A DNA stretch of 64,000 nt. Source: Clostridia bacterium. Its GTDB lineage: Bacteria; Bacillota; Clostridia; Oscillospirales; Butyricicoccaceae. The notes under the pieces were generated by a model. The model had not been told where the DNA came from. It did not search any database and saw nothing but the letters and a program-made list of their open reading frames with translations. Below are positions 45,716-54,174 of this stretch, piece after piece. The position numbers and the translations under genes are program-made. Each line of letters begins with the position of its first letter. Position 1 is the first letter of the stretch. Location of the stretch: assembly GCA_029099685.1 (NCBI GenBank), contig JAQXOO010000033.1:6623-70622 (forward strand), written 5' to 3'.

Positions 45716-46426
45716 TTACAGGATCCGTCCGTCGGTGGAAATGGTCACCACCTGCCAGGGCAAAAACTTGCCGCTGCGCTGGATGGCCAGCTTGGCGGCC
45801 TGTTCAATACCGCCGCAGCAGGGAACCTGCATCCGGGCGATGGTGACGCTTCGGATGTCGTTTTCGGCGATGATCCGGGTGAGCTTTTCGGAATAGTCGC
45901 CCTCGTCCAGCTTGGGACAGCCGATGAGGGTGATGCGGTCCCGGATCAGCTCATTGTGGAAATTGCCGTAGGCATAGGCCGTGCAGTCGGCGGCGATCAG
46001 CAGGTCGGCTCCGTCAAAGTAGGGAGCGTTCACCGGTGCCAGCTTGATCTGCACCGGCCACTGGCGCAGCCGGGAGCTGACGGGAGCGGTGGAAACGCTG
46101 GCGGGTTCCCGGGTGATGGCCCGGGACTGGCTGCCGGGACAGCCGCAGGGCAGGGGCGCGGCAGGGGCGCTGGCAGCGCCTTGTTTTTTGGCCTCCTGGG
46201 CCTTGCGTACCGCTTCGGCGTCATAGGCGGGAGCCTCCCGCTCCTCAAAGGTGATGGCGCCCACCGGGCAGGCGGGCAGGCAGTCGCCCAGACCGTCACA
46301 ATAATCCTCGCGCAGCAGCTTTGCCTTGCCGTTTTCCATGCCGATGGCGCCCTCATGGCAGGCATTGGCGCACAGGCCGCAGCCGATGCAGGCGTCTTGG
46401 TCGATTTTGATGATTTTTCGTTTCAT
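45716..46426 (-). CDS. 4Fe-4S dicluster domain protein with a Cys-containing C-terminal domain
   Basis: 236 aa. CIGCGLCANAC and CDGLGDCLPACP ferredoxin motifs. The C-terminal part carries AADCTAY, GCPKLD and VPCCGG. RBS GGAGGA. Confidence 0.75.
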   Translation of the reverse strand: MKRKIIKIDQDACIGCGLCANACHEGAIGMENGKAKLLREDYCDGLGDCLPACPVGAITFEEREAPAYDAEAVRKAQEAKKQGAASAPAAPLPCGCPGSQSRAITREPASVSTAPVSSRLRQWPVQIKLAPVNAPYFDGADLLIAADCTAYAYGNFHNELIRDRITLIGCPKLDEGDYSEKLTRIIAENDIRSVTIARMQVPCCGGIEQAAKLAIQRSGKFLPWQVVTISTDGRIL

Positions 46427-46451
46427 TGGTCATTCCTCCGGGTATGTGTTC

Positions 46452-46480
46452 TTGACTTTTCGACCATACTATACTAAAAT
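46452..46480 (+). promoter_or_regulatory. sigma-A-type promoter of the Crp/Fnr regulator gene
   Basis: TTGACT (46452-46457), a 17-nt spacer, and TAAAAT (46475-46480). Confidence 0.45.
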
Positions 46481-46494
46481 AGCCCGGAAAAGTC

Positions 46495-46510
46495 TGTTGA
46501 AATTTCAACA
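46495..46510. promoter_or_regulatory. 16-bp perfect palindrome TGTTGAAATTTCAACA, candidate Crp/Fnr-family binding site
   Basis: Perfect dyad in the divergent intergenic region. It is 16 bp long with 5-nt arms, as in Crp/Fnr-type sites (TGTGA-N6-TCACA). Confidence 0.5.
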
Positions 46511-46523
46511 AACGGAGGGAAAA

Positions 46524-47195
46524 ATGAAGGAAATTGTATCCGTTTTGGAGCATTGTCCCCTTTTTTCCGGCATTTCACCGGAGGAACTGCCCGGGCTGCT
46601 GGACTGTCTGGGTGCCCAAACGCGGCCTATGGAAAAGCGCCGTCCGATCTTTTCAGCGGGCCAGCCCGCCCGATATCTGGGCGTAGTGCTGGAGGGCGCG
46701 GTGCAGATCCTTCAGGAGGATTATTTCGGCGGACGCGCCATTCTGGGTGCCGCCGGCCCGGGAGAGCTGTTCGGCGAAGCCTTTGCCTGCGCCGGGGCAG
46801 CCTCTCTGCCGGTGACCGTCCTGGCCTCTGAAAGCGGCAGCCTGCTGCTGCTGGACTGCCGCCGGGTGACCAGCCCCTGCGAAAAAGGCTGCGCCGTTCA
46901 CCAGCGTCTGGTTTTGAATCTTTTACAGGTGATGGCGCAGAAAAATCTGGCCTTTCACCAAAAGCTCCAGATCCTTTCCCGCCGCACCACCCGGGAAAAG
47001 CTGTTGGCTTATCTGGACCTCCAGGCCAGACAGCACCAAAGCGCCAGCTTTTTCATCCCTTTTGACCGGCAGGCGCTGGCGGATTATCTGGGGGTGGAGC
47101 GCAGCGGCCTGTCCTCAGAGATCGGCCGGCTGAAGGCCGAGGGCGTTCTGGACTGCCAGAAAAATTATTTCACATTGCTTGAAAAAGCGCCATAA
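46524..47195 (+). CDS. Crp/Fnr family transcriptional regulator
   Basis: Start MKEIVSVLEHCPLFSGIS after a GGAGGGA RBS. It has a cNMP-binding beta-barrel (GELFGEAF) and a C-terminal HTH (RQALADYLGVERSGLSSEIGRL). There is no N-terminal Cys cluster of the FNR type. Confidence 0.85.
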   Translation: MKEIVSVLEHCPLFSGISPEELPGLLDCLGAQTRPMEKRRPIFSAGQPARYLGVVLEGAVQILQEDYFGGRAILGAAGPGELFGEAFACAGAASLPVTVLASESGSLLLLDCRRVTSPCEKGCAVHQRLVLNLLQVMAQKNLAFHQKLQILSRRTTREKLLAYLDLQARQHQSASFFIPFDRQALADYLGVERSGLSSEIGRLKAEGVLDCQKNYFTLLEKAP

Positions 47196-47294
47196 ATTGT
47201 GCGATTTGCAGCCAAACGGAAGCTTTCGCGGGAACTTCCAACGCTATTTTTTCTCCTTTCGGCCATACTAATACCGGGCGAAAGGAGGAGAATT

Positions 47295-48407
47295 ATGCAA
47301 AAAAAGCGGTTTAAGATCCTTGCACCTGCGGTGGGCCGCGGCGTTTCGCTGGCGGCCTTTTGTCTTGCGCTGATGCTGGTGCTGTCCCCGGTGAGCCGGC
47401 AAAGCGTCGCGGCGGACAGCCAAACCACACTGACACAGCCCCTGCCGGCGGAAACGCAGCCTGCATCGCTGCCCCGTGTGGGCGGAAAGCTGATCCCACT
47501 GGGTAAAACCACGGGTATCAAGCTGTTTTCCCGGGGGACCATGGTGGTGGGCTTTTCGGAGCTGGAAAGCTGCGGACGATGCCCCGCCAGAGACGGCGGC
47601 CTGCAGGAGGGCGATGTGCTGCTGAAGCTGAACGGGCAGGACATCACTGGCAACGAGAGCCTGACTGCGCTGCTGGCGGAGCTGCCTGATGAAAACGCCC
47701 GGTTCACCGTTTTGCGGGACGAACAGGAACAAACGGTACCGGTAAAGGCGGTGTATGACCCGGCGCTGGACTGCTGGCGCATCGGGGCCTGGATCCGTGA
47801 CAGCGTGGCCGGGATCGGCACCATCACCTTCGTGGACCCGGAGACGGGGGTTTTCGGCGCGTTGGGCCACGGCATCTGCGATGCGGACACCGGTGAACTC
47901 ATCACCTTCGGCACCGGAAGCGTCATGCCCTCCAGCGTCACCCGGGTGGAAAAAAGCAAAAACGGCACCCCAGGCCAGCTGTGCGGAAGCTTTGACCTGC
48001 GCCACGACCAGGGCTGGCTGGCGGGCAACTGCGAAAGCGGCATTTACGGTATGCTGACCCGGGAGGACCTCTACGCCGGGACACAGCCGGTGGAGGTGGC
48101 ACGGCGGGATGAGATCCACGAGGGCGAAGCCACCATCCTGAGCAATGTGGACGGCACTGAGACCCGGGAATACGACGTGCGCATCGTGAAGGTCTACGGT
48201 GGCGGCCAGGGCAGGGAGATGCTGCTGGAGGTCACCGATCCGGACCTGCTTTCGGTCACAGGAGGCATCGTCCAGGGGCAGAGCGGTTCGCCCATCCTGC
48301 AGGACGGTAAGCTCGTCGGCGCCGTGACCCACGTGCTGGTGAACGCTCCCGCGCGGGGCTACGGCATCTCTATAGAAACCATGCTGGAGCAGCTTCCCGC
48401 GGCGTAA
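47295..48407 (+). CDS. spoIVB: SpoIVB peptidase (S55), sporulation signalling protease
   Basis: ORF trimmed to MQKKRFKIL (RBS AAAGGAGGAG). PDZ region (GLQEGDVLLKLNG), GIGTITFVDPETGVFGALGH, and catalytic GQSGSPIL. A CATACTA element at 47264-47270 resembles a forespore sigma -10. Confidence 0.9.
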   Translation: MQKKRFKILAPAVGRGVSLAAFCLALMLVLSPVSRQSVAADSQTTLTQPLPAETQPASLPRVGGKLIPLGKTTGIKLFSRGTMVVGFSELESCGRCPARDGGLQEGDVLLKLNGQDITGNESLTALLAELPDENARFTVLRDEQEQTVPVKAVYDPALDCWRIGAWIRDSVAGIGTITFVDPETGVFGALGHGICDADTGELITFGTGSVMPSSVTRVEKSKNGTPGQLCGSFDLRHDQGWLAGNCESGIYGMLTREDLYAGTQPVEVARRDEIHEGEATILSNVDGTETREYDVRIVKVYGGGQGREMLLEVTDPDLLSVTGGIVQGQSGSPILQDGKLVGAVTHVLVNAPARGYGISIETMLEQLPAA

Positions 48408-48410
48408 ACC

Positions 48411-48440
48411 AAAAAGCGTGTGCGAAAGCACACGCTTTTT
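48411..48440. terminator. bidirectional intrinsic terminator
   Basis: AAAAAGCGTGTGC GAAA GCACACGCTTTTT. It lies between the convergent spoIVB and trmH-family genes. Confidence 0.85.
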
Positions 48441-49249
48441 CACTCTTTCTGGTGATTTCCCAGCTGCCAAAAAGCCACGGCGCTGGCTGCGGCCACATTG
48501 AGAGAATCCACCCCGTGCGCCATGGGGATGCGCACCGTGTAATCGCAGCGGGCAATGGTGGCGGGGGCCAGACCGTCGCCCTCGGTGCCCAGGACGATGG
48601 CCAGCCTGTCCTCACGGGCCAGCCTGGGATCCCGCAGGGACAACGGGTCGCCGGTCAGGGCCATGGCCGCTGTTTTGAAGCCCAGGCCGCCCAGAACCGA
48701 TACATCATCGATCCAGGCCCAGGGCACCTGGAACACGGTACCCATGCTCACCCGGATGGCCCGGCGGTACAGCGGGTCGCAGCATCCCTCGGTCAAAAGC
48801 ACCGCGTCCATGCCCAACGCCGCCGCGGAGCGGAAGATAGCGCCTACATTGGTGGGATTCATGACGTTTTCCAGCACTGCTGCCCGGCGGGCGCCCAGGC
48901 AGATCTCCTCAGCCCGGGAAAGCGGGGGCCGGCGCATGGCGCACAGCATTCCCCGGGTCAGCTTGAAGCCTGTCAGCCGGGTGAGCACATCAAAGGGGGC
49001 TGTATAAACGGGGATGTCTCCGCAGCGGGCGATCAGGTCTCTGGCCTGGGTCTCCACGTGCCGGTCCTCCACCAGAAAGGAGCAGGGCACGCACCCGGCA
49101 TCCAGCGCCCGGCAGATGACATTGGGACTTTCTGCGATGAACAGGCCCTGCTCGGGATGCTCCCGGCACAGCAGCTGATTTTCCGACAGGCGGGCGTAAA
49201 CGTCCAGTTCCGGGGCGGAAAGGTCGTTGATGGAGATGATGTTGGACAT
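48440..49249 (-). CDS. TrmH/SpoU family RNA 2'-O-methyltransferase
   Basis: ORF trimmed to MSNIISINDLS (RBS AGGAGGCC). It has the SpoU motifs NPTNVGAIFRSAAALG, IVLGTEGDGL and IPMAHGVDSLNVAAA. Confidence 0.85.
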   Translation of the reverse strand: MSNIISINDLSAPELDVYARLSENQLLCREHPEQGLFIAESPNVICRALDAGCVPCSFLVEDRHVETQARDLIARCGDIPVYTAPFDVLTRLTGFKLTRGMLCAMRRPPLSRAEEICLGARRAAVLENVMNPTNVGAIFRSAAALGMDAVLLTEGCCDPLYRRAIRVSMGTVFQVPWAWIDDVSVLGGLGFKTAAMALTGDPLSLRDPRLAREDRLAIVLGTEGDGLAPATIARCDYTVRIPMAHGVDSLNVAAASAVAFWQLGNHQKE

Positions 49250-49286
49250 GGAGGCCTCCTTTTGCGGGGTGATCTGAAGTGCATTC

Positions 49287-49315
49287 ATTATAATCTTCGG
49301 GCAGGCTGCTGTCAA
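49287..49315 (-). promoter_or_regulatory. consensus sigma-A promoter of the trmH-family gene
   Basis: Minus-strand TTGACA (49315-49310), a 17-nt spacer, and TATAAT (49292-49287). Confidence 0.65.
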
Positions 49316-49413
49316 ATGGAAGGGTATTATGCGGGGTGAATTACCATAAATTGTGTCGGTGCATGCAGAATAACCACAAGATGCATATAAATATGGATAA
49401 AATTTCACAGCCG

Positions 49414-49434
49414 TGTCGAAAGATGTCTGACGAA
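49414..49434 (+). promoter_or_regulatory. two Spo0A boxes (TGTCGAA and TGACGAA) upstream of spo0A
   Basis: TGTCGAA at 49414-49420 and TGACGAA at 49428-49434, matching the 0A-box consensus TGNCGAA. A possible promoter TTGTAA-N17-TATTTT lies at 49460-49488. Confidence 0.5.
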
Positions 49435-49531
49435 ATTCTGCTGAATTACCAAAAAAATCTTGTAAATCTTTGATGTATGTGTTATTTTATAACTACGGTA
49501 CCGTAAATATTGAAAAACGAAGGGCGTTAGC

Positions 49532-50302
49532 ATGAATGAAACCATGAAAATTATCCTTGCGGATGACAACATTGATTTTTGCGAAAAATTGCAAAGGCAG
49601 CTGAATAATTATACAGGCGTAAATGTTGTGGGGAAAGCGAAGGATGGTGCCGAATTGCTGGATCTCATCAGTGAATGGCAACCAGATGTTGTGGTAACTG
49701 ACGCAATGCTGCCCAAAAAGGACGGTTTGTCTGTGATTCGGGCCACCCGAGAGCTTTCACTGAAGAAAATGCCGTCATTCTTTGTGATCTCATCTTTTTC
49801 CAGTGATACCATGATGGCTGAGGCAATGTCGCTGAAGGTGGACTATTTCACCATCAAGCCTTGCGACCTGAGCGATCTTGCCAAGCGCATCGCGGCGGGG
49901 GGCAGTACCGTTCCGTTTTCTGCGCCGGGAAAGGCGGCCTCGCCCGAGGTGGAGCTGGAGATGCGTGTCACCGGGATCATCCACGACATCGGCGTTCCTG
50001 CGCACATAAAGGGGTATCAATACCTGCGCGAAGCAATTATCATGACGGTTAATGATATGGATATCATTAATGCCATCACCAAAGTACTCTATCCTACTGT
50101 AGCCAAACGGTATAAGACAACCAGTTCCCGGGTGGAACGGGCGATCCGCCATGCCATTGAGGTTGCCTGGGACCGTGGAGATGTTGAGGTTCTCAACGGT
50201 TTCTTCGGATACACGGTGTCCAATGTCAAGGGAAAGCCCACCAATTCTGAGTTTATTTCCATGATCGCTGACCGAATACGTCTGGAGCAAAAACTTGGCT
50301 GA
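49532..50302 (+). CDS. spo0A: sporulation master regulator Spo0A
   Basis: 256 aa. Receiver domain ([15 protein letters not shown]) and the diagnostic Spo0A C-terminal domain ([43 protein letters not shown]). Confidence 0.92.
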   Translation: MNETMKIILADDNIDFCEKLQRQLNNYTGVNVVGKAKDGAELLDLISEWQPDVVVTDAMLPKKDGLSVIRATRELSLKKMPSFFVISSFSSDTMMAEAMSLKVDYFTIKPCDLSDLAKRIAAGGSTVPFSAPGKAASPEVELEMRVTGIIHDIGVPAHIKGYQYLREAIIMTVNDMDIINAITKVLYPTVAKRYKTTSSRVERAIRHAIEVAWDRGDVEVLNGFFGYTVSNVKGKPTNSEFISMIADRIRLEQKLG

Positions 50303-50310
50303 TTCCAAAG

Positions 50311-50349
50311 AAAAACGGCGCTGCAGAAGGGGTGCGGCGCCGTTTTTTG
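50311..50349 (+). terminator. intrinsic terminator of spo0A
   Basis: ACGGCGC, loop, GCGCCGT, followed by TTTTTT. Confidence 0.7.
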
Positions 50350-50408
50350 CTTGTACTTTGCGGCAGCTTGCCGTATAATAGAAGCAGCAAACCGCATGGA
50401 GGGACCCT

Positions 50409-51125
50409 ATGTTTGGCAAAAAGAAAAAAGAGCCGCCCTTTGTGACGGCCATCATTCCCGCGGCCGGCGCTTCCAGCAGGATGGGCGGCGGAAACAAGCT
50501 GCTGATGGAGCTGGACGGCGTTCCGGTGCTGGGCCGCACCCTGTTGGCACTGGAAGCCTGCGATATCATTCGGGAGATCATCGTGGCGGCCTCCGAGGAC
50601 AACATCGTTACCTATGCCGACCTGGGCGCGGCGCTGGGCATCACCAAGCTGACCAAGGTGGTCAAGGGAGGCGCCACCCGGCAGGAAAGCGTCTGGAAGG
50701 CGGCGCTGGAGGCCTCGCCCCAGGCCACTTATCTGGCCGTACACGATGGCGCAAGGCCGCTGGTCACGCCGGAGGTGGTGCAAAAAGCCTGTGAAGCTGC
50801 TTTCCTTCACAGCGCAGCTGCCGCAGGTGTTTCCGTGCACGATACCATCAAGCGGCTGGACCCGGACGGACATATCCGGTGCACCGAGGACAGGGAGTGC
50901 CTGCGGGCGATGCAGACCCCCCAGGTGGCGGACAAAGCGCTGCTGACCGCCGCGCTCCAGAGCGCGCTTGAGGCAGGGGCGCCGGTCACCGACGAGTGCA
51001 CTGCCCTGGAACGGCTGGGCGTCCGCCCGGTGGTCACCGAGGGGTCCTTTGAAAACATCAAGATCACCACGCCCGCCGACCTGCTTTTTGCCCAGGCGGT
51101 GCTGGAGGGGAGGCTGCAGTCATGA
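50409..51125 (+). CDS. ispD: 2-C-methyl-D-erythritol 4-phosphate cytidylyltransferase
   Basis: [21 protein letters not shown] and ITTPADL motifs. Confidence 0.92.
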   Translation: MFGKKKKEPPFVTAIIPAAGASSRMGGGNKLLMELDGVPVLGRTLLALEACDIIREIIVAASEDNIVTYADLGAALGITKLTKVVKGGATRQESVWKAALEASPQATYLAVHDGARPLVTPEVVQKACEAAFLHSAAAAGVSVHDTIKRLDPDGHIRCTEDRECLRAMQTPQVADKALLTAALQSALEAGAPVTDECTALERLGVRPVVTEGSFENIKITTPADLLFAQAVLEGRLQS

Positions 51126-51598
51126 TCCGGGTGGGTCTGGGATACGATGTTCACAGGCTGACCGAGGGGCGGAAGCTCATCCTGGGCGGCGTGGACATCC
51201 CCTTTGAACGGGGCCTGCTGGGCCACAGCGACGCCGATGTGTTGCTGCACGCCATCATCGACGCCCTGTTCGGCGCGGCAGCGCTGGGAGATATCGGAAG
51301 CCATTTTCCGGACACAGATCCCCGCTACAAGGGGGCAGACAGCCTGAAGCTGCTGGAGGCGTGCGGCGCCGAACTGGCCGCGCGGGGCTGGCGCGTGGGC
51401 AATATCGACGCCGTGGTGGTGGCGCAAAGGCCCAGGCTGCTGCCTTATGTGCCCCGGATGCGGGCCAACATCGCCGGGGCGCTGGGCATCTGCGGGGAAC
51501 AGGTGTCTGTAAAGGGCAAAACGGAGGAGGGCCTGGGCTTTACCGGCCTGGGTGAAGGCATGGCGGCCCATGCCGTCTGCATTCTTGAGAAGGACTGA
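51122..51598 (+). CDS. ispF: 2-C-methyl-D-erythritol 2,4-cyclodiphosphate synthase
   Basis: [24 protein letters not shown] and [11 protein letters not shown] motifs. ATGA overlap with ispD. Confidence 0.95.
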   Translation: MIRVGLGYDVHRLTEGRKLILGGVDIPFERGLLGHSDADVLLHAIIDALFGAAALGDIGSHFPDTDPRYKGADSLKLLEACGAELAARGWRVGNIDAVVVAQRPRLLPYVPRMRANIAGALGICGEQVSVKGKTEEGLGFTGLGEGMAAHAVCILEKD

Positions 51599-51723
51599 AA
51601 GGGGTGCGCGAAAGCGCTTGCAGAAGGCCCGCCGGGCATCCATCGGTGCCGTGCCGCCGCTGCGCGCAGGTCTGGGGAACTGCGCATTCTTTCTTTTTGA
51701 CGCGGGACGGGAAACCCCTGCGG

Positions 51724-51750
51724 AAAAGCCGCCGTATGGCGGCTTTTTTT
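51724..51750 (+). terminator. intrinsic terminator downstream of ispF
   Basis: AGCCGCC GTAT GGCGGCT followed by T7. A weaker GCGCAG/CTGCGC hairpin with a T-rich tail lies at 51664-51698. Confidence 0.8.
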
Positions 51751-51859
51751 GCCGGAGGGACAATGCCTGCCCCACGCCGCGCAGGGCAGGCCGGGGGTAA
51801 AAACGCTTCACAGCAGGGGGCCGGCACTCATAGGATGACGCGAAGGGAAGTGTTATTCT

Positions 51860-52108
51860 GTGAGCTGTCTGATCGTTTTCCGCTCCATGACGCAGGCGCA
51901 GAATGCCGCCGCCGTGCTGCGCAAAAACGGCGTTTCAGCCGTTATGGTTAAGCCGCCCACCAGCCTGGGCCGCGGCTCCTGCGCCCACGGCGTCGCGGTG
52001 CAGCCGGCTTATCTGGCCGGTTCGCTGCAGCTGCTGAAAAAAACCAGTTTGAGCCCTTTGGGGCTGTATGAACAGACCTCCGACGGCTGGCGGGAGGTGC
52101 TGCTGTGA
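51860..52108 (+). CDS. DUF3343 (putative Se/S carrier-like) small protein
   Basis: 82 aa with a GTG start. The stretch LIVFRSMTQAQNAAAVLRKNGV...VKPP...G.GSCAHGV fits the small DUF3343 pattern. It overlaps the next gene by 4 nt. Confidence 0.6.
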   Translation: MSCLIVFRSMTQAQNAAAVLRKNGVSAVMVKPPTSLGRGSCAHGVAVQPAYLAGSLQLLKKTSLSPLGLYEQTSDGWREVLL

Positions 52109-53238
52109 TCTATCTGGACGCGGCAGCGACCACGCTGCAAAAGCCCGCGGCTGTTTTCCGCGCTGTGGCACAGGCAATGGAGACCTGCGCCAATCCCGGC
52201 CGTTCGGGCCACCGGCCCGCCATGCGCGCTGCGGAGATCGTCTTTGACTGCCGCCAGGCGGCGGCGGAGTTTTTCGGTCTGAGCGACCCTGCGCGGGTGG
52301 TGTTCACGCAAAACGCCACCCACGCCTTAAATATCGCCGTGAAGTCCCTGCTGCATGGGGGCGGCCACGCCGTGATCTCCGGCTATGAGCACAATTCTGT
52401 GGCCCGGCCGCTGGAGGCGCTGGCCGGCCGGGGCGTCACCTACACCGTGGCCAGGTCGCCGCTGTTTGACCAGGACGCGGCCTATGCCGCCGTCGTGCAC
52501 AGCCTGCGCCCGGATACCCGCTGCGTGATCCTCACCCATGTTTCCAATGTGTTCGGCTTTGTGCTGCCTGTGGAGCGGGTGAACGCCCTGTGTGAACGAA
52601 GGGGCATCCCCCTGGTCATCGACGCCTCCCAGTCGGCGGGTGTGCTGCCGCTGGATGTGTCCCGGCTCTGCGGCACGGCATTTGTGTGCATGCCGGGGCA
52701 TAAAAGCCTTTACGGCCCCCAGGGAACGGGAATTTTGCTTTGCTGTAAAGACGTTCCTCTTTACACCATTACAGAGGGCGGGACCGGCAGTTCCTCTCTG
52801 GATCTGCGCCAGCCCGGGTACCTGCCTGACGCTTTGGAGAGCGGCACGCTGAATGTTCCGGGCATCGCCGGCCTGCGGGAGGGGCTCCGGTTCGTTTCCG
52901 GACACCGGAAGGAGATCCGGGCGCGGGAGACGGCCCTGTCGCGCCGCCTGGCGGAGGGCCTTTCCGCCATCCCGGGGGTGACGCTGTGGCAGAGCGGCAC
53001 CTGCCAGACCGGCGTGCTGTCCTTCCGGGCGGACCGTATGGACCCCGAGGAGCTGTGCGGCCGCATGGCGGAGGCAGGCATCTGCCTGCGGGGCGGGCTG
53101 CACTGCGCGCCCCTGGCCCACGGCAGCGCCGGGACGCTGCCCCAGGGCACCGTCCGGGCCGGTTTTTCCGCCTTCAACACCGGGCAGGAGATCCAACGCC
53201 TGCTGGAGGCCGTGGAAAAAGCTTTAAAATACTGTTAA
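52105..53238 (+). CDS. cysteine desulfurase family protein (class V aminotransferase fold; selenocysteine lyase-like)
   Basis: 377 aa. IYLDAAATT, PLP lysine in PGHKSLYGPQG, and active-site Cys in RGGLHCAP. Confidence 0.85.
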   Translation: MIYLDAAATTLQKPAAVFRAVAQAMETCANPGRSGHRPAMRAAEIVFDCRQAAAEFFGLSDPARVVFTQNATHALNIAVKSLLHGGGHAVISGYEHNSVARPLEALAGRGVTYTVARSPLFDQDAAYAAVVHSLRPDTRCVILTHVSNVFGFVLPVERVNALCERRGIPLVIDASQSAGVLPLDVSRLCGTAFVCMPGHKSLYGPQGTGILLCCKDVPLYTITEGGTGSSSLDLRQPGYLPDALESGTLNVPGIAGLREGLRFVSGHRKEIRARETALSRRLAEGLSAIPGVTLWQSGTCQTGVLSFRADRMDPEELCGRMAEAGICLRGGLHCAPLAHGSAGTLPQGTVRAGFSAFNTGQEIQRLLEAVEKALKYC

Positions 53239-53264
53239 TCTGCAAAAAACACCAGCTTCCGCTA

Positions 53265-53293
53265 TTGAAAAAACGCCGTAAATTTGCTAGTAT
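53265..53293 (+). promoter_or_regulatory. sigma-A-type promoter of the cdaA operon (extended -10)
   Basis: TTGAAA (53265-53270), a 17-nt spacer, and TGcTAGTAT (53285-53293). Confidence 0.5.
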
Positions 53294-53328
53294 ATATTTT
53301 AAATATAGCTTAACAAAAGGAAGCGGCT

Positions 53329-54174
53329 GTGAAGATGTTTGAAACAATTTTGAACAATGCAAAAATGGCCACGCTCTGGGATGTCGTCGACATCCTGCTT
53401 GTGGCCTTTTTGTTTTACAGATTGATGCGGTTTTTGCGCAACACCAATGCGCAGAAGTTGTTTCAGGGCCTGATCGCCATGGTGGTCATCACCATTCTGT
53501 CCGATCTGGCGCAGCTCCATGTAATCTACTACATCATGGAGACGGTGATGCAGGTGGGGATCCTGGCGCTGGTCATCATCTTCCAGCCCGAGCTTCGGAA
53601 AATGCTGGAGCAGTTCGGCAGTTCGAAGCTGAGCAACCTGTTCAGCTTCGGCCGGAACCAGGAGGCACGCACCACGGATACCGCCATCCTCCAGACCATC
53701 GAGGCGGTCAATTCCCTGGCTTGGACAAAGACCGGCGCCCTGATCATCTTCCAGCGGGAAGATTCCCTGCAGAACATCATCAACACCGGCACCACCATCA
53801 ACGCCGATGTAAACGCCGAGCTGCTGAAGAACCTGTTTTACAACAAGGCGCCTCTGCATGACGGTGCGGTGGTCATCGCCGACGGGCGCATCGCCGCGGC
53901 CGGCTGCATCCTGCCCCTCAGCGGCAAACAGAATATCAGCAAGGATCTGGGCACCCGCCACCGGGCCGGACTGGGCCAGAGCGAGAACTATGACTCCCTG
54001 TCGGTGATCGTGTCCGAGGAGACCGGCGGCATCTCCCTGGCCGAGGGCGGCATCCTCAAGCAGCATCTGGCGCCCGAAACGCTGGAGCGTCTGCTGACTG
54101 CCAAGCTGATGCCCGAGGAAGACGACCAGAAGCCCAATCTGCTGGAGCGCGTGAAGGGGTGGATTTCCAAATGA
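53329..54174 (+). CDS. cdaA: diadenylate cyclase CdaA (DisA_N domain, membrane-anchored)
   Basis: Three N-terminal TM helices, DGAVVI and TRHRAGLG...SEETGGISLA motifs. The start is GTG 53329 or ATG 53335. Confidence 0.9.
   Translation: MKMFETILNNAKMATLWDVVDILLVAFLFYRLMRFLRNTNAQKLFQGLIAMVVITILSDLAQLHVIYYIMETVMQVGILALVIIFQPELRKMLEQFGSSKLSNLFSFGRNQEARTTDTAILQTIEAVNSLAWTKTGALIIFQREDSLQNIINTGTTINADVNAELLKNLFYNKAPLHDGAVVIADGRIAAAGCILPLSGKQNISKDLGTRHRAGLGQSENYDSLSVIVSEETGGISLAEGGILKQHLAPETLERLLTAKLMPEEDDQKPNLLERVKGWISK

Noticed and set aside
49381-49473. 30-codon ORF (MHINMDKISQPCRKMSDEILLNYQKNLVNL) in the spo0A upstream region
   Set aside because: It has no Shine-Dalgarno sequence, lies in AT-rich promoter DNA, and overlaps the 0A boxes and the predicted -35. 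It is most likely non-coding.
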